Shown here one piece after another: positions 50,590 to 62,576 of a DNA stretch of 64,000 bases (the first letter of the stretch is position 1; every line of letters begins with the position of its first letter). The DNA is from Rhina ancylostomus (Eukaryota), in assembly GCA_030265395.1 (NCBI GenBank), contig JARFYF010000036.1, forward strand, positions 27,244,397 to 27,308,396, read 5' to 3'. A model generated the notes under the pieces. It had not been told where the DNA came from and ran no database searches. It worked only from the letters and a program-made list of their open reading frames with translations. The translations under genes were made by a program, and so were the position numbers.

Positions 50590-50988
50590 AATGTAGGAGA
50601 TTGAGCGGTGACCTGACAGAGGTATATAGGATCATGAGGGGCATAGACAGGGTGAAAGCACATTGTCTTTTTCACCAGGAGGGGGTGCTTAAAAACAAGA
50701 AGGCATAGGTTTAAGATTAGAGTCAAGAGATTTAAAAGGGATATCAGGGCAGCTTCTTTATGCAAAGGGTGGTGCTTATTTGGAATGAGCTGCCAGAAAG
50801 AGTGGTTGAGGCGGGCACATTAGCAACATTTAAAAGCCATCTAGATAAGTGCATGGATAGGCGAGGTTTAGAGGGCTATGGGCCAAATGTGGGCAGATGG
50901 GACTATACTAACTCACAGGGCAACGCAGTCAGCATTGCTGAGTTGGGCTGAAGGGCCTGTTTCCATGCTGTGTGAGTCTATGACTCTA
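50590..50988 (+). mobile_element. CR1 LINE 3' end
   Basis: RRLSGDLTEVYRIMRGIDRV, QRVVLIWNELPERVVEAG; tail gaagggcctgtttccatgctg...tctatgactcta. Confidence 0.9.
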
Positions 50989-51218
50989 AGTACATGCTTC
51001 TTATTGAATCAAAATATAATGAAATTCAGGGGCACTTAAAGAGATTTGGTTTTGCTTTCATTTCATACTTTTTATTACCTGCCTTAATAATAATTGTTAA
51101 AAGAGTGGTGTTTATTAGTGCGAACAGTGTAATAATGATTCCCAATAATCAAGTAACAAAACTAATCACAGTGTATGCTAAAGGAGTCAATAAAATGCAC
51201 ACTTAGGCTGGGACATAC

Positions 51219-51373
51219 CTGCAATGTACTATAATGGGGCCAACGTCATTTGGGTTAAGAAACTTTACTTGTCTTACAAATCCCAGTAAGCCAGTTGCAT
51301 AGCAGGGTACCCCATGATCAGGCCAGCTGGTGAAGTGGAACTGTCTAATCTCCCGAATTTCATGATTGCCTTT
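51219..51373 (-). CDS. PTPRT: PTPRT exon, D1 WPD loop to catalytic Cys ([52 protein letters not shown]), 155 bp
   Basis: Acceptor attttag| and donor |gtatgt; WPDHGVP and VHCS motifs intact. Confidence 0.96.
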
Positions 51374-51580
51374 CTAAAATAAAAGAGATAAATGCCATAT
51401 TATTTAGACACATGCAAGGGATATGCAGTATCGTGTGAGACTGGAAACAGATGGAGCAGCTCTAGTCAGCCTCAATCTTCATTCCAGGCTGGATGTTCCA
51501 GCTCTGTATGTAGAAAGAAATATTGGGTAGCTCCATTAACAACAGTGCAATTCCAAACCCCCCTTCTACCCTGCCCTCCA

Positions 51581-51581
<1 letters not shown>

Positions 51582-51621
<40 letters not shown>
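51582..51621. repeat. (CA)20 microsatellite
   Basis: Direct read. Confidence 0.98.
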
Positions 51622-51623
<2 letters not shown>

Positions 51624-51624
<1 letters not shown>

Positions 51625-51805
51625 CAGATGCTGGAAGCTTGACATAATCACAGGAGATTCTGGAAACACTCAGCAAGTCAGCATCATCTGTAGAAAGATA
51701 AACAGTGTTAACATTTCAGGTCAAAGAACTTTCAACTTTATTTCTCTTTCCACAGGTGTGACAGATGTGCTGAGCATTTGTAACATTTTATGTTTTTATT
51801 TCAGC
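51624..51805. mobile_element. Fold-back Penelope-derived short element
   Basis: gcagatgctggaa...aacactcagca...gttaacatttcaggtc (reversed gacctgaaatgttaac), then ttccacagg...gctgagcattt. Confidence 0.6.
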
Positions 51806-54278
51806 AAGATAATAAAAAAACTTTTCTGATCTGACAATATGTTTACAAATTTTCAAACATTTTTTTGTTCTTCAGCTCCATACAATGACGAGTTCATGTG
51901 TCATCTGACATTGAGTCATTAATTAGAGTGTGTGTGGGTTTACTTCCTCTCGGAGATGTCACCAAACAAAGCTGAATAATAGAAGATATTCCTGCTTTAA
52001 ATTGTTTCTCAAGCAATAAAATTCCTTGTACACATATCACAGATGTTTATAGTGGTGAACTTTAAGCTAACATGTGGCCAGGTCACTGGGTATACTGTAG
52101 GAATATGAGCTGCATGCCTTCTGTTTTCTTTTCAGTCAAGACATGAGACCCTTGAGCTATGAAATAAGCTTAACAATCTCTTTATAGTTTCATTTGTACA
52201 AACATTTTTCAGATTGTGAATAAATAATCATGATTTAAAACAGTTAATTAGCAATTGAGCAAAAGAGAAGTGTTAAAGGTGGACTTTGATTGGTTTAATG
52301 CATTTTTATCAAGACTGACTTATTTTCATTGCACAGAAACTACAAAATGAAAATTGTGGATGTGAGCCATTGGAGTTCATTATCTAATTTACAACAATGT
52401 ATACCATTAATGTGAGATGAGCTCAATATATCTTATGGTATTTGGGGAAAAATTCTGTTATGTATGAAGAGATGCCTAGATCATTGCAAAATGCGTAAAC
52501 TTGCTTTGGAATAGTATTTAGTCCATTTAACCTCAGGAATATTGCATATAATTGTATCTACCCATTTTAAAGGCGCTGCAGGTAAAATCATTCATCAATT
52601 TTCCTCAAAGTTAATGAACAGATTTTACTTGACCTATTACAACTGGAATATAGAATTATGACATTTAAGTAACTTTACTAAGAATACAAAAGTAAGCATA
52701 TTGACTGAATGATATCATGCATATATTGATATGAATCAGCTTAAGTCTTTCTCGAAAGTTAAATCAAACACTTTTAAATCTTTCTCAGTGCTATTTCCAT
52801 TAAGGTTCATTGTGGGGAATATCTGTGTTGGTTAATAAAGCCAATTCTCAATTCCTGGGCCTGTGGTTTTCCCTTCATATGGATTAATTAAATACCGTGG
52901 ACTCATGAATTGTGTACTCTGGTGTCTCCGTATGGAGAGAAGATGTCAAAAGTGTGTAGAGGTAATAGAGAAAACTAACAAAGAGCTTTTAGCTTTATCT
53001 ATAGTGACATGTCTAATTCAAATCGAACCACACATACCAAATAACAACAAGATCCTCAGGCACTGAAAATGAAAAGCCACATGTGCAAATTCAACTAAAT
53101 CAGTGCTGGCTGTTAAGTATGTTGTCCTTGTAAAAACTGCACCACCATGTCCTTTGTTCAGACACTGTACACTTTTGATGCAGAACTTTACCCTGGGGTT
53201 GAAACATTTTTTTGTACCAGCTAATCATTTCTTTGAAGTATGTTATGCATAAAGTTAGAATAGTATGTCAAGAAATATCAAAGTCTCTACCTGGAACACA
53301 CCATGGAATTTAAAGGCCTTAAAGGGGTATATTTTCTTAAAACTCTTGAGTTAAATGAGGTATTTTCCACATTGCAAGCATTCACATGAATCACTGCTCT
53401 CCAGCCAAATGCAGGAAAAATCTGTCCCATGAAGCTGAACTCCAGTTTACCCTAAATGTTCTTATGCTTTTCCTACTAACAACCCCCGGCGTTAAGACCT
53501 TGGAATTATTCATCGGTGAGACAACTGAATAATGAGATTCCAGACCACAAAATTCATCTGGGATAAAATGGCAGATAAAAAAAAAGGGAAAGCAAAGTAT
53601 ATTAAATCGACAAGACTTTCAGATACAAATGTCTAAGAGAATGGGACTGCATATGACTATTTGGTTACAGATCTGACATTCAATTGGTAAAGCCCTGAGC
53701 CATGCAATTTTGATCCCCAATCAATGACGAATAAGCTAATTTTAACAATAAATGGAGATCCTCTGGTTATCTTCCGTTGACTTTCAGTGTTGTGTGCAGA
53801 TGTGTGCAGACTCTATGACTCTATGTTTGGAAAATGTGAGAACCTGGTTGAGTTATTTTTCTATGCATTTCCCTGCTGGATACCTTGATAATGATCACTG
53901 TTTACTTGGCTGAGATATTGTGGACATCCAGTAGTGATCCTTGTAATAAACACCAACTGTAGTGGACAGCAGTGTGAACTGCCCAAAGGATACAATTATT
54001 TGCTAACTTCAGCAATTTTATATCAACAATATATGACATTTTCCACAAGAGGGCAGCCTAATATCCCATAGCACAATGTGGCATTGTCAGTGTATGGCTC
54101 CATTCAGGAACTATTACTATCTGCGTGATTATTTTACTTGTACTCATGTATTATATGATTATACATGAGGAATAGAAAAATCGCATTTTTTGCCAAAGTA
54201 TTTTCAGTCCTTCCACATCTATCTGGTTGTGGACTTTAAAACCTCTTATAGCAATAAATCGATATAAATGTTTCATAC

Positions 54279-54395
54279 CTTCTGAACAGTGAACGTGCGA
54301 ATAACATACTCTGCAAGTGGTTCAGACTCAACCAGCGTTACTTTAATATCACCATACAGTTCAGTATCATCTGGCCAATACCTGCAACATTTCAC
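54279..54395 (-). CDS. PTPRT: PTPRT exon, D1 ([39 protein letters not shown]), 117 bp
   Basis: Acceptor gcatcag| and donor |gtatga; KC..YWP motif; phase 0-0. Confidence 0.95.
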
Positions 54396-55179
54396 CTGAT
54401 GCAGAACAAGAAGAAGAGGGTTCTCAATAAGGGAGTAAAGAATAATATTCACACAATTATGAAATAAGTCTCCATGCCTCCGGATGCTTATGATATGAAA
54501 TCAGTTATGCAAGCTGATTTCCTGTGGCACAGCCAGTGGGCATTTGGTCCTGATAATTAGCAGGTAAGGCAAAACTAAGTTTAATATTCCTATTCTTCTA
54601 AACTTAATTGTTAGGGCGTCCCTCCATTCCAAATGGCCATATGCCAATATCACATAGAGTGCAGCTGCTGATTGATATTTCTATTGCTTGGCAGTTGCTT
54701 GTAAATTCTTGCTCCTTTGTTTCTTGGTTCCACCAAGAACTAACTGGTTTTGTTTTTTTTCATATTTTGAATTGATGACCAAACTTGAGTGGATGCATAC
54801 TGCATGTAATACTTCTGTAAGTATAATTCATAATAAATATTATGGAGAAGATAAACAAGTAGGCAGCTAGAGTTTCATTCAAATATAAAGGATGATTTTG
54901 AGTTTAGTTCTCTCCCTGTGGGGATGATTGCTATAGTGAACACAGTTTTCAAAAAGCATTCTGTGAGCACTTTACTGCTGCTGCAGGAAGAATCATAGAT
55001 TCACCTCTGAAACATCCATCAAACTTAACATTATCTGTATTCTTCAACTTTTGTGGTTTACACTAGTTTCTTCCTCTACCAGCAGCAAAATGCAAATGCA
55101 ATCCACATGAATCAAAACCCTTTTTATGGAATTGTGGATGATTAATGCTGCTAGAACTCATACCCACAACCTTGTGCAT

Positions 55180-55600
55180 AGCCCCACCAGCCATTCTCAA
55201 TGACCTACAGTGAATCCTGGTCTGATAATGGCTTTGTTTAAACAATTTTATTCTTCTATTCAAATCTCTTCATGCCCTTACTCCTCTTTACATTTATTAT
55301 CTGTTCCAGCATCTCTACTACAATTCTGGTCTCTTGCAAATCTCTGATCTTTTTTGCTCCTCCAAAAGAGGCTGTACATTAAAATGCCTAGGATTTTAGC
55401 TCTGAATTTCCTTCCCTAAACCTTTGTATCTTTCTCTCTACCCTCCTTTAAATCTTTAGTCACTTCTATTTCTTCAAGTTTTAGATCACCTGTGCCAATA
55501 TCTCTTTCTGTGGCTCAGTATTTTTTTATTTGAGATGGTTCCTGTAGATTGAATTAGGTCACGTTACTATTTTAGAACTTTTATGCAAGTTTAAGTTGTT
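55180..55600 (+). mobile_element. L2-like LINE 3' end
   Basis: caaatctcttcatgccctt...ctctgaatttccttccctaaacct...ctcctttaa...tttatgcaagt. Confidence 0.55.
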
Positions 55601-56129
55601 GTAATGTTTTTTATTCTGTATCGGTCAATGCGTTTACAGCACAGACATGAGATCAATTCTCTGTTTCTTTTCTGCTGTAGTCAGAAGGGGCACATGTATT
55701 CAAACACGAGAGCATTGTTCCTCTCAAAAGTTTTGTGTCTGCAGCCTAGTATGGTACATACTAGTACTAACCCCCTTTCATGTCTGTGTTAGAAGAAATC
55801 CTTCAATCTATTTCTCCCATCTTTGGACATAACCCTTTGTGAAAACTTTTTATCATTTGAGAATTGCAACTCATTCTCCCAATAACTTCAGCCAGATCAC
55901 TGGTTTTAACACAGATTTTTGATAGAAACCACCAGGAATGGTGTTATTGCTGGCAATAGATTAGATCCCCCATAATCCATCACCAGCCGCAACAACATTC
56001 TCAACATGAAAGAATATCAACAAATCCTACAGGACTGAGGCTGACTTACAATCTTCAAGTATCCAACAAGTCATCTCTTTTGGTTGTCACGAATGTGTGC
56101 ATTTGATGGTCATTTTACCTCCAGAATGA

Positions 56130-56345
56130 CAAAGATGACAAGGGCAGAGCTCAAAAGATGGAGCATTTTCCCAGAGTAGACAGGAGGAAGAAAAGTAGTG
56201 CTCCAAACGGGAGGGCTTGTCTATCAGGCAATTTCTGGGAATAGCTGTCTCATGTGCACCTGACTGAGGAGCAATAGATTTGGAGACTCTGGTTCTCCAA
56301 AGGGAAGGTGAAAGAGACCTGCCAAATTTTGCAGCAGTAAGTTCA
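56130..56345 (+). mobile_element. Harbinger transposase N-terminal remnant
   Basis: HVHLTEEQ*IWRLWFSKGKVKETCQILQQ (~56251-56337), resembling the HARBI1-like L.EEQC..RLRF.K..V.E.C..LQ segment and the 8380-8500 copy. Confidence 0.55.
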
Positions 56346-56694
56346 GCCACAGAATCAGGCCTGGGCTGTTCTGCCTGAAGCAGCGAGCATCTTAGTTGTG
56401 TTCTGAAGTGGTTTCCTCCAAGCTTCCGAAATCCTTGCAGGGTTTTCTTCTCCTGGTTGCAAGAAGATTAGCAAATTATTGGTTTCAGTTATTGCAAGTT
56501 AACTCCAACTTACGCTAACCATTCTAAGCAACACCCAAGGCAATAAACTGTCCATTTAGAAGTGAGATCAGAGTGTTGGCACAAAGATTATTTGTGTTCA
56601 GCATCATTGAAGGGGCATGAGTTTGGTTACATAGTGTGCTCCAAGTGCATGCTTTCTAAGCCATGCAGTTTAATGCTGGTTATATCAATAAATC

Positions 56695-56800
56695 TTCCAG
56701 ATCTGATGAGAGGCCACTGTTTTCTCTTTGTTCCTTCTCTAGAGATGCTACCGGTCCTGCTGTGTAGTTACAGCAATTTTGTTTTCATTTCTAATTTGCA
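56695..56800 (+). mobile_element. Penelope-derived repeat, hammerhead truncated
   Basis: atCTGATGAgaggcc... followed by gagatgctaccggtcctgctg..ttacagca. Confidence 0.5.
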
Positions 56801-57436
56801 GGGTTTAGATCTTTTATAAAAATAACAAGTCTGTAATTTCCCAGTGCTGCCTTGCAATTCCTTTTTAATATTGGCTCAGTATGAGCTTTTCTCCACTGAG
56901 GCCTTCCCAGACCAATGGAATAGTTAAGTATATAAACAAGTAGCTCACTAAACACAGTTTCCACTTCCCTGAACATCTTTTATGTCCACAATCACTTCGA
57001 CACTTTCAAGTGTAATGTAAACTAAATAATGTTTAAATTTATAATTGCTTAATTTGTACAGTTGTTCAACTGTCACTGTAAAAACCTTAGCTGGTCAGAG
57101 ATAAGTTAATCACCTCTTTCATAAGCAATTAATGACCTGTTATAGGCTTAAACAAAATCACTGTTGATACAAGATAAACAAATTTAAACTGCCGAGCACT
57201 GAACAGCTAAAATTAAGTAAATTCAAGTCAATTAAACTGCATACATAGAAACATAGAATGATAGTAGGAGGAGTAAGTCATTTGCCCATTTAAAAGTCTG
57301 CTCTGCCACTCAATACAAGTACCTCAGGATTTTGGTGGTGCCAGACTAACAGATTTTCCAGACTATTGGATATTACTCCAACTAATACCGCGGCCCACAT
57401 TTTTTCAGATGTTACATAGAACTATAATACATTTTT

Positions 57437-57707
57437 TAGTGAAAGAGAGCATGGCAAAGATAACCCAGTGTTTGAAGGGAATGTAGGATTGAGACGCCTG
57501 TGAGTTTCAGATGAGGGTGGGAATTGGACTTCTGTATGTTTATAAGACGCATGGAAACAGGGCCCACTGAGTTTAAAGGGAGATGGGATTGGGACCTGCT
57601 GAGCTTAGAGGGAGCATGGAAATGGGCTCATATGAATGTATAAGGAGCATGGAAGTTGGTCCCAATGAGCTTAAAGGGACCACAGGAAACATCACTCTGT
57701 GAGTCAG
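57437..57707. repeat. Degenerate 33-bp minisatellite (~8 copies)
   Basis: Units start at 57501, 57535, 57568, 57600, 57633, 57666 and 57700, with weaker copies at ~57437 and ~57469; consensus approximately TGAGTTTAAAGGGAGCATGGAAAnnGGnCCnnn. Confidence 0.75.
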
Positions 57708-57769
57708 ATGCCAAATCATTGGGATTTCTGAACAATTGGATAGCAGATTATTGGAGTTTTATTGCACCA

Positions 57770-58080
57770 GATTCCTGCTCTCTCTCCATATCCCTTGAGT
57801 CTAGAAATCTAGCAATCTCCTGAAATATTTTCAGTGACTGGCTTCCACAGCCTTCTGTGGTAGAGAAGTTCACCATCACTGAGTGAAGAAATTTCTCCTG
57901 TCGGTCCTAAACATCTTACCCTGGATCGTGAGACGGTGACCCCCTTGTCCTAGACCCCAGATAGGAGAAACAACCACCCTGCAAGCAGTCCATCAAGACT
58001 GACAGAATTTTGTTTGTTTCAATGAAATCTCTTTTCATTCTTGCAAACCGTAATGAACACAGGCCGCGTCATCCAAACTC
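57770..58080 (-). mobile_element. CR1-like LINE 3' region (its tail piece is at ~57245-57320)
   Basis: ctctccatatcccttga...ttccacagccttctgtggtagagaa...gagtgaagaaatttctcct. Confidence 0.65.
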
Positions 58081-59379
58081 TCGCGGAGTAAACTGTGTAA
58101 ATGCAAATGCTCATGCAAATGTCACAATTTACACAAAAGTTTGCTGAGTCTAACCTACCTTTTCCAGCCTTCCACACACCTCATTCATCATCTCCAGAAA
58201 GGATTCACACCTATATTCAGCAGATCCCTGTCAAGCTGCTTTAAAATTAGTTTTCCAAGCTAAAACCCAAAAACAATTTTTCAGATCGGAAATTTGCTCA
58301 GTTTAATTAGCTGAGGATTCCTTTAAGTATTTTGCTAAATGGCTGCTATCTGTATTATCCATGATTACTGGGATGTGAACAGGAACTGGTGATAACTGGC
58401 TGCTGAGTGACGAAAATGGGGTACTTTCTGTTTTTGATGGTAGCTCTGGATATCGGGATTTGTGCAAAAGGACGGAAAGCGGGGATCAGTAAGTGGAGCC
58501 AGCAGCTGGGTCATTATGGATCCACCATCTTCACGTTTTGGAGAAGAAACAAGAGCTGTAACAATATATCAAAAAACCCTCTTGTAATATGTGGGAAATG
58601 TGAATGTTCCCTCTTAATTTTAGTTCAATTCGCCTCAAGATGAAACTAAAAAAAGGATTGGGAAGAAATTGAGAATTCAATTGACAGGATAGCCAGACTT
58701 TATTTTCCCCAGAGATACATGATAGAGGGAGGTATTGATCGAGATCTGCAGCATGACATAAGAAACGAGGAAACTAGTCCACTTAACAACTTAAATCATG
58801 GAAAGGTTACATTGAATTTTCAGAGATTGCAGAGAAGATTGGAAGAAAAGTGGAAAAAAAACACTGTTGAACAGAGCAGAATAAGAAAGTGAAATGAAGG
58901 ATTGCTGCATCTGAGAGCTGGGTGACATAGGCTTCAGTCACCAGAAAGCAGCACTGAAGACAGTGAGGTGAGCAGCTCAGGGACTCGTGAGAACTGCCTA
59001 ATCAGAGAAGATGGCATTGACTGGTGATCTGAATACATGATAAATATGCTGCCCAGGAGCCACTAAAGAAAGATTAAAAGTTCTTGTCGAAAAGGTGGAC
59101 GATTAGGTTGTATAAGTGGAATGCACTACTATACACAGTTATAATGAGAGCAGGAACAGTAAATTCAAGAGTTTTGACACGAGATGCAGGATTGTAATGT
59201 GTACTAAACACATTATTTGTCGTAGCCTGCATGCCAACTTTGTGCTGCCTACTGAATGTAATGATTATAGCATCCAGCCAGTGCTAACCACACTGTTCAC
59301 TGACTGGAGACTTCAGCAAGGGACCAATACTGAAAGTTAATGCTAGTTTGCACTTCCTAAACCTTTAGCTCAGTAGCCT

Positions 59380-59820
59380 GTGGATGCTCAGTCCCTGAGT
59401 AATTTTGGAGCAGGTAACTGGAGCAAAGTGGGCATGCTCACATGTCTGAATCCTGATGGGTGATTCAGTGTTGGCCATCACTGGAATCCATGAGCTGAGA
59501 CTGATGCCAAAAGAAAGGCAGCAACCAATGACCGTAATATACATCCATCTAAAGCTCCTGCTCACAGATTTACAAGCTGCTGATGGTTTAAGTAAGCACC
59601 TCATACCTTCCTGAGTACACTGTAACATAAAGTCTGTTTTTTTTTCCTTTTCAGAAACCCAAGCAGTATTATCTGGATAGGCAGAGGAGGAAGAGGAAGA
59701 AGATATTGATGAGGAAAACTCAATGTTAATTGATTTTACACTTGCAGCACCAGCTCAGATACTGATGCAATGTTCAATTTAGCAGCCGGCATGGTGGTGA
59801 GATCTGCATGTGATGAGCTG
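59380..59820 (+). mobile_element. Possible Harbinger partner (Myb/SANT-like) gene remnant with a fossil intron
   Basis: gtaag...ttttttttccttttcag| followed by acidic EEEEEEDIDEE and accagctcagatactga; family assignment from memory of similar elements. Confidence 0.35.
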
Positions 59821-61377
59821 TGCTGTGACCTGTAATTAATTGATTTGTCCACTACATTTTCTTGTTACCTCGCTATCAACTTTTATTTCACTTTTTATGG
59901 CATTTGTGATGTTGTCACCTTTCTGAGCTTCCTGACACAAATTCCGAAGCCTAGCTAAACAGTCCAGTTTTGAGAATAGAGTGGCATTCTTTCGTTAAAG
60001 CAACTGCAGATGCTGGAAACCTGAAATAAGAACAGAAAATGCTGAGGCGAAGAGGCCTCAGAATTTCATATTATGAGAACAAGATCTCCAGTGCATGGGG
60101 GCACCCCGCCCACTGATGTTGCATTGTCAGCAGTGAAACATTCTATCCAATTGTCTGACCAGAAGGGGCAAGTCTTTCCCTATGAAAGCATACGTGGTAA
60201 AATGATACTAGAAAAATACCAGACTACTGACTTTAACATTTTAGTGAATTCAATATTCTTTGTTGCTATTAAAATCGATGCCAGATAATTAAACATAACA
60301 GGGAACAAAATGTCAGCTTTCTCCTACACATTAGTGCCAGTGTTTCATTAAAATGTCTTGATATCTTAAGTAACATAACTTATCATTAATCCATAGCAAA
60401 GATGAATAAAGCAGCCAAGCCACATAATAAGAGAGAACATCCTAGTTTCAGTACAGTAATGAGACATTTTCATTGAGCACAATGAATTGATCAAAAGGGT
60501 TCATTTCAGTTCACTTCCAATCTTGTGTTGCTTTGATTCTGGACGCAACTTATTTCAACATAGATGAAGCAAGGTCAACCACCGATGAGAAGATGATTTT
60601 ATGACAGACTACATAATAATCCTGTAAATCTCATACAAAACCACATGGACAGGGAAGATTTATTCAACTGGAGAATGCACTTTAACCCCAGTTGAAAATA
60701 TTTCTGAATAATCATGATAAGAAACAGAATGCAAAGTCCATGACTTGGATGCTCCATTTACTTAACTGGACCTTGCTGTAATTCTGTACTTGCCTTCAAA
60801 GCATAAAGTGGCAGCATTAATTGGCTGTGAAGTAATTGGGATGCTCAGTAGATATTAGGTGAAGTTATACAAATGTAATTTGCTTTCTGTAAGGTGAGAA
60901 AAGACAACTGCATTGGGGTTAGAAATTTGCACACACCAACTTCTGCATTGTCTGTGCCTGAATAATAAAACGTTACCCTTTAGTTTAGAGCTGTGCTGAA
61001 ACCAAGATCTGCCACTATTTACATTGCAGTGGCCCTCAAGTCAATGAATCCTGGAAGGGACAGAACAGGAGGCAGTGTGGTGGATTGGAAACTCTAGGCT
61101 GAGAGTTATATATGTTGAAGAAGGATTGGAAGATAGGAAAAAAGGCAAAAAATGGGATAGGTTTGGCGGGAATGAGTGAAGCTTGGTGACTATCTCTTGA
61201 TCTTTAAAAGTGGGATACATCCATCTTCACAGCCCAGATCCAGGTAATTAATTACAAAAATTTAGGAACAGGCATTCCCAAAGTTTGATCTTACAGAAAG
61301 GAGACAGTCCTGCAATGGGGCCTCAACTGGCCATTTGCTGCGATATCTGTATGTACTGCTTCAGAAAAGGATGAAGA

Positions 61378-61455
61378 TGTAGTGGCTAGCTACACTGAAT
61401 AAAGACACAAGACACTTGTTTGAAGTCCAAGAGTTGAATGAATGACTGGGGTGCG
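61378..61455 (-). mobile_element. Partial LTR copy truncated by a gap
   Basis: 72/78 identical to 61681-61758. Confidence 0.75.
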
Positions 61456-61680
61456 NNNNNNNNNNNNNNNNNNNNNNNNNNNNNNNNNNNNNNNNNNNNN
61501 NNNNNNNNNNNNNNNNNNNNNNNNNNNNNNNNNNNNNNNNNNNNNNNNNNNNNNNCCCCCCAACCTGTCTTCGGGACAGGGGAGCATGCGGAGGAAATCT
61601 AGGGTTGGATGGGGGTATGGGTGGGAAGTTAATGGGCAAGATAATGTGTTACAGGGAAATGTGCGGGAATGGCATGATGG

Positions 61681-61933
61681 TGTAGTGGCTAGCTACACTG
61701 AGTAAAGACACTTGATGCTTGTTTGACGTCCAAGAGTTGAATGAATGACTGGGGTGCGCTGCCCCTTTAATAAACACAGTTCCCGCACTGATGTCACGCG
61801 CAGGTCATGTGACCTTCCCACGCGCGGGCTTCACCAGCCCAACAAAGAAGGAGTGCCCCGCGCCATCTTGTGTCGGGGCCTCCGATGACGCTCGCGATCG
61901 TGGGAGCCGGTTCGTGAAAGGTAAATCGCCACA
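61681..61933 (-). mobile_element. LTR of a retrotransposon (253 bp, TG...CA)
   Basis: Ends TGTAG...CCACA; CpG-rich; on the minus strand a YY1-like aagatggcg and a TATA-like tttattaaagggg. Confidence 0.75.
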
Positions 61934-62447
61934 AAGGTACATTTTTTTATACATTCACCAATATGAGGGTGATGCATCCAGATATGTGCATGCAATTTCT
62001 GCCCACGAATTTGGAGAATTAGTAGTTGAAGTTCATATGACTTGTTTGAAGTAAAAGCAAAATTTTAGATTTCTTCTCACTTTAGGGCACTGCATCAGTA
62101 AGATCAATTAAGTTCCCACACTTAGTTATTTAGCAATTGTTCGATTATTTCTCAAAAGGACAGAACAGTAAAAGTTGAAACACTGAGAATTCTTTATCGA
62201 GATTGTGTAAGTAATTGACTATTGTCCTAAGGGGGCAGAATGGAAGTCTTTGAATTTTATTTTACTATCTATTGTGTACAATAAAAGACATTAAACTATT
62301 TACTTGGACAACTTGGGAACTCTACAAGTACGGGGTTACACAAAACTTCAAAGAACAAGTGTTAACATTAGCCCAAATTAATTTACGAAGTTATAATTTT
62401 GCTAAAACAAAACAGATAGATAGAAGATGAATTTAGAAGGCATGTCA

Positions 62448-62576
<129 letters not shown>

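Noticed and set aside
57437-57707. Regularly spaced repeats as a CRISPR array
   Set aside because: Units are contiguous and degenerate with no unique spacers, there are no cas genes, and the context is a vertebrate intron.
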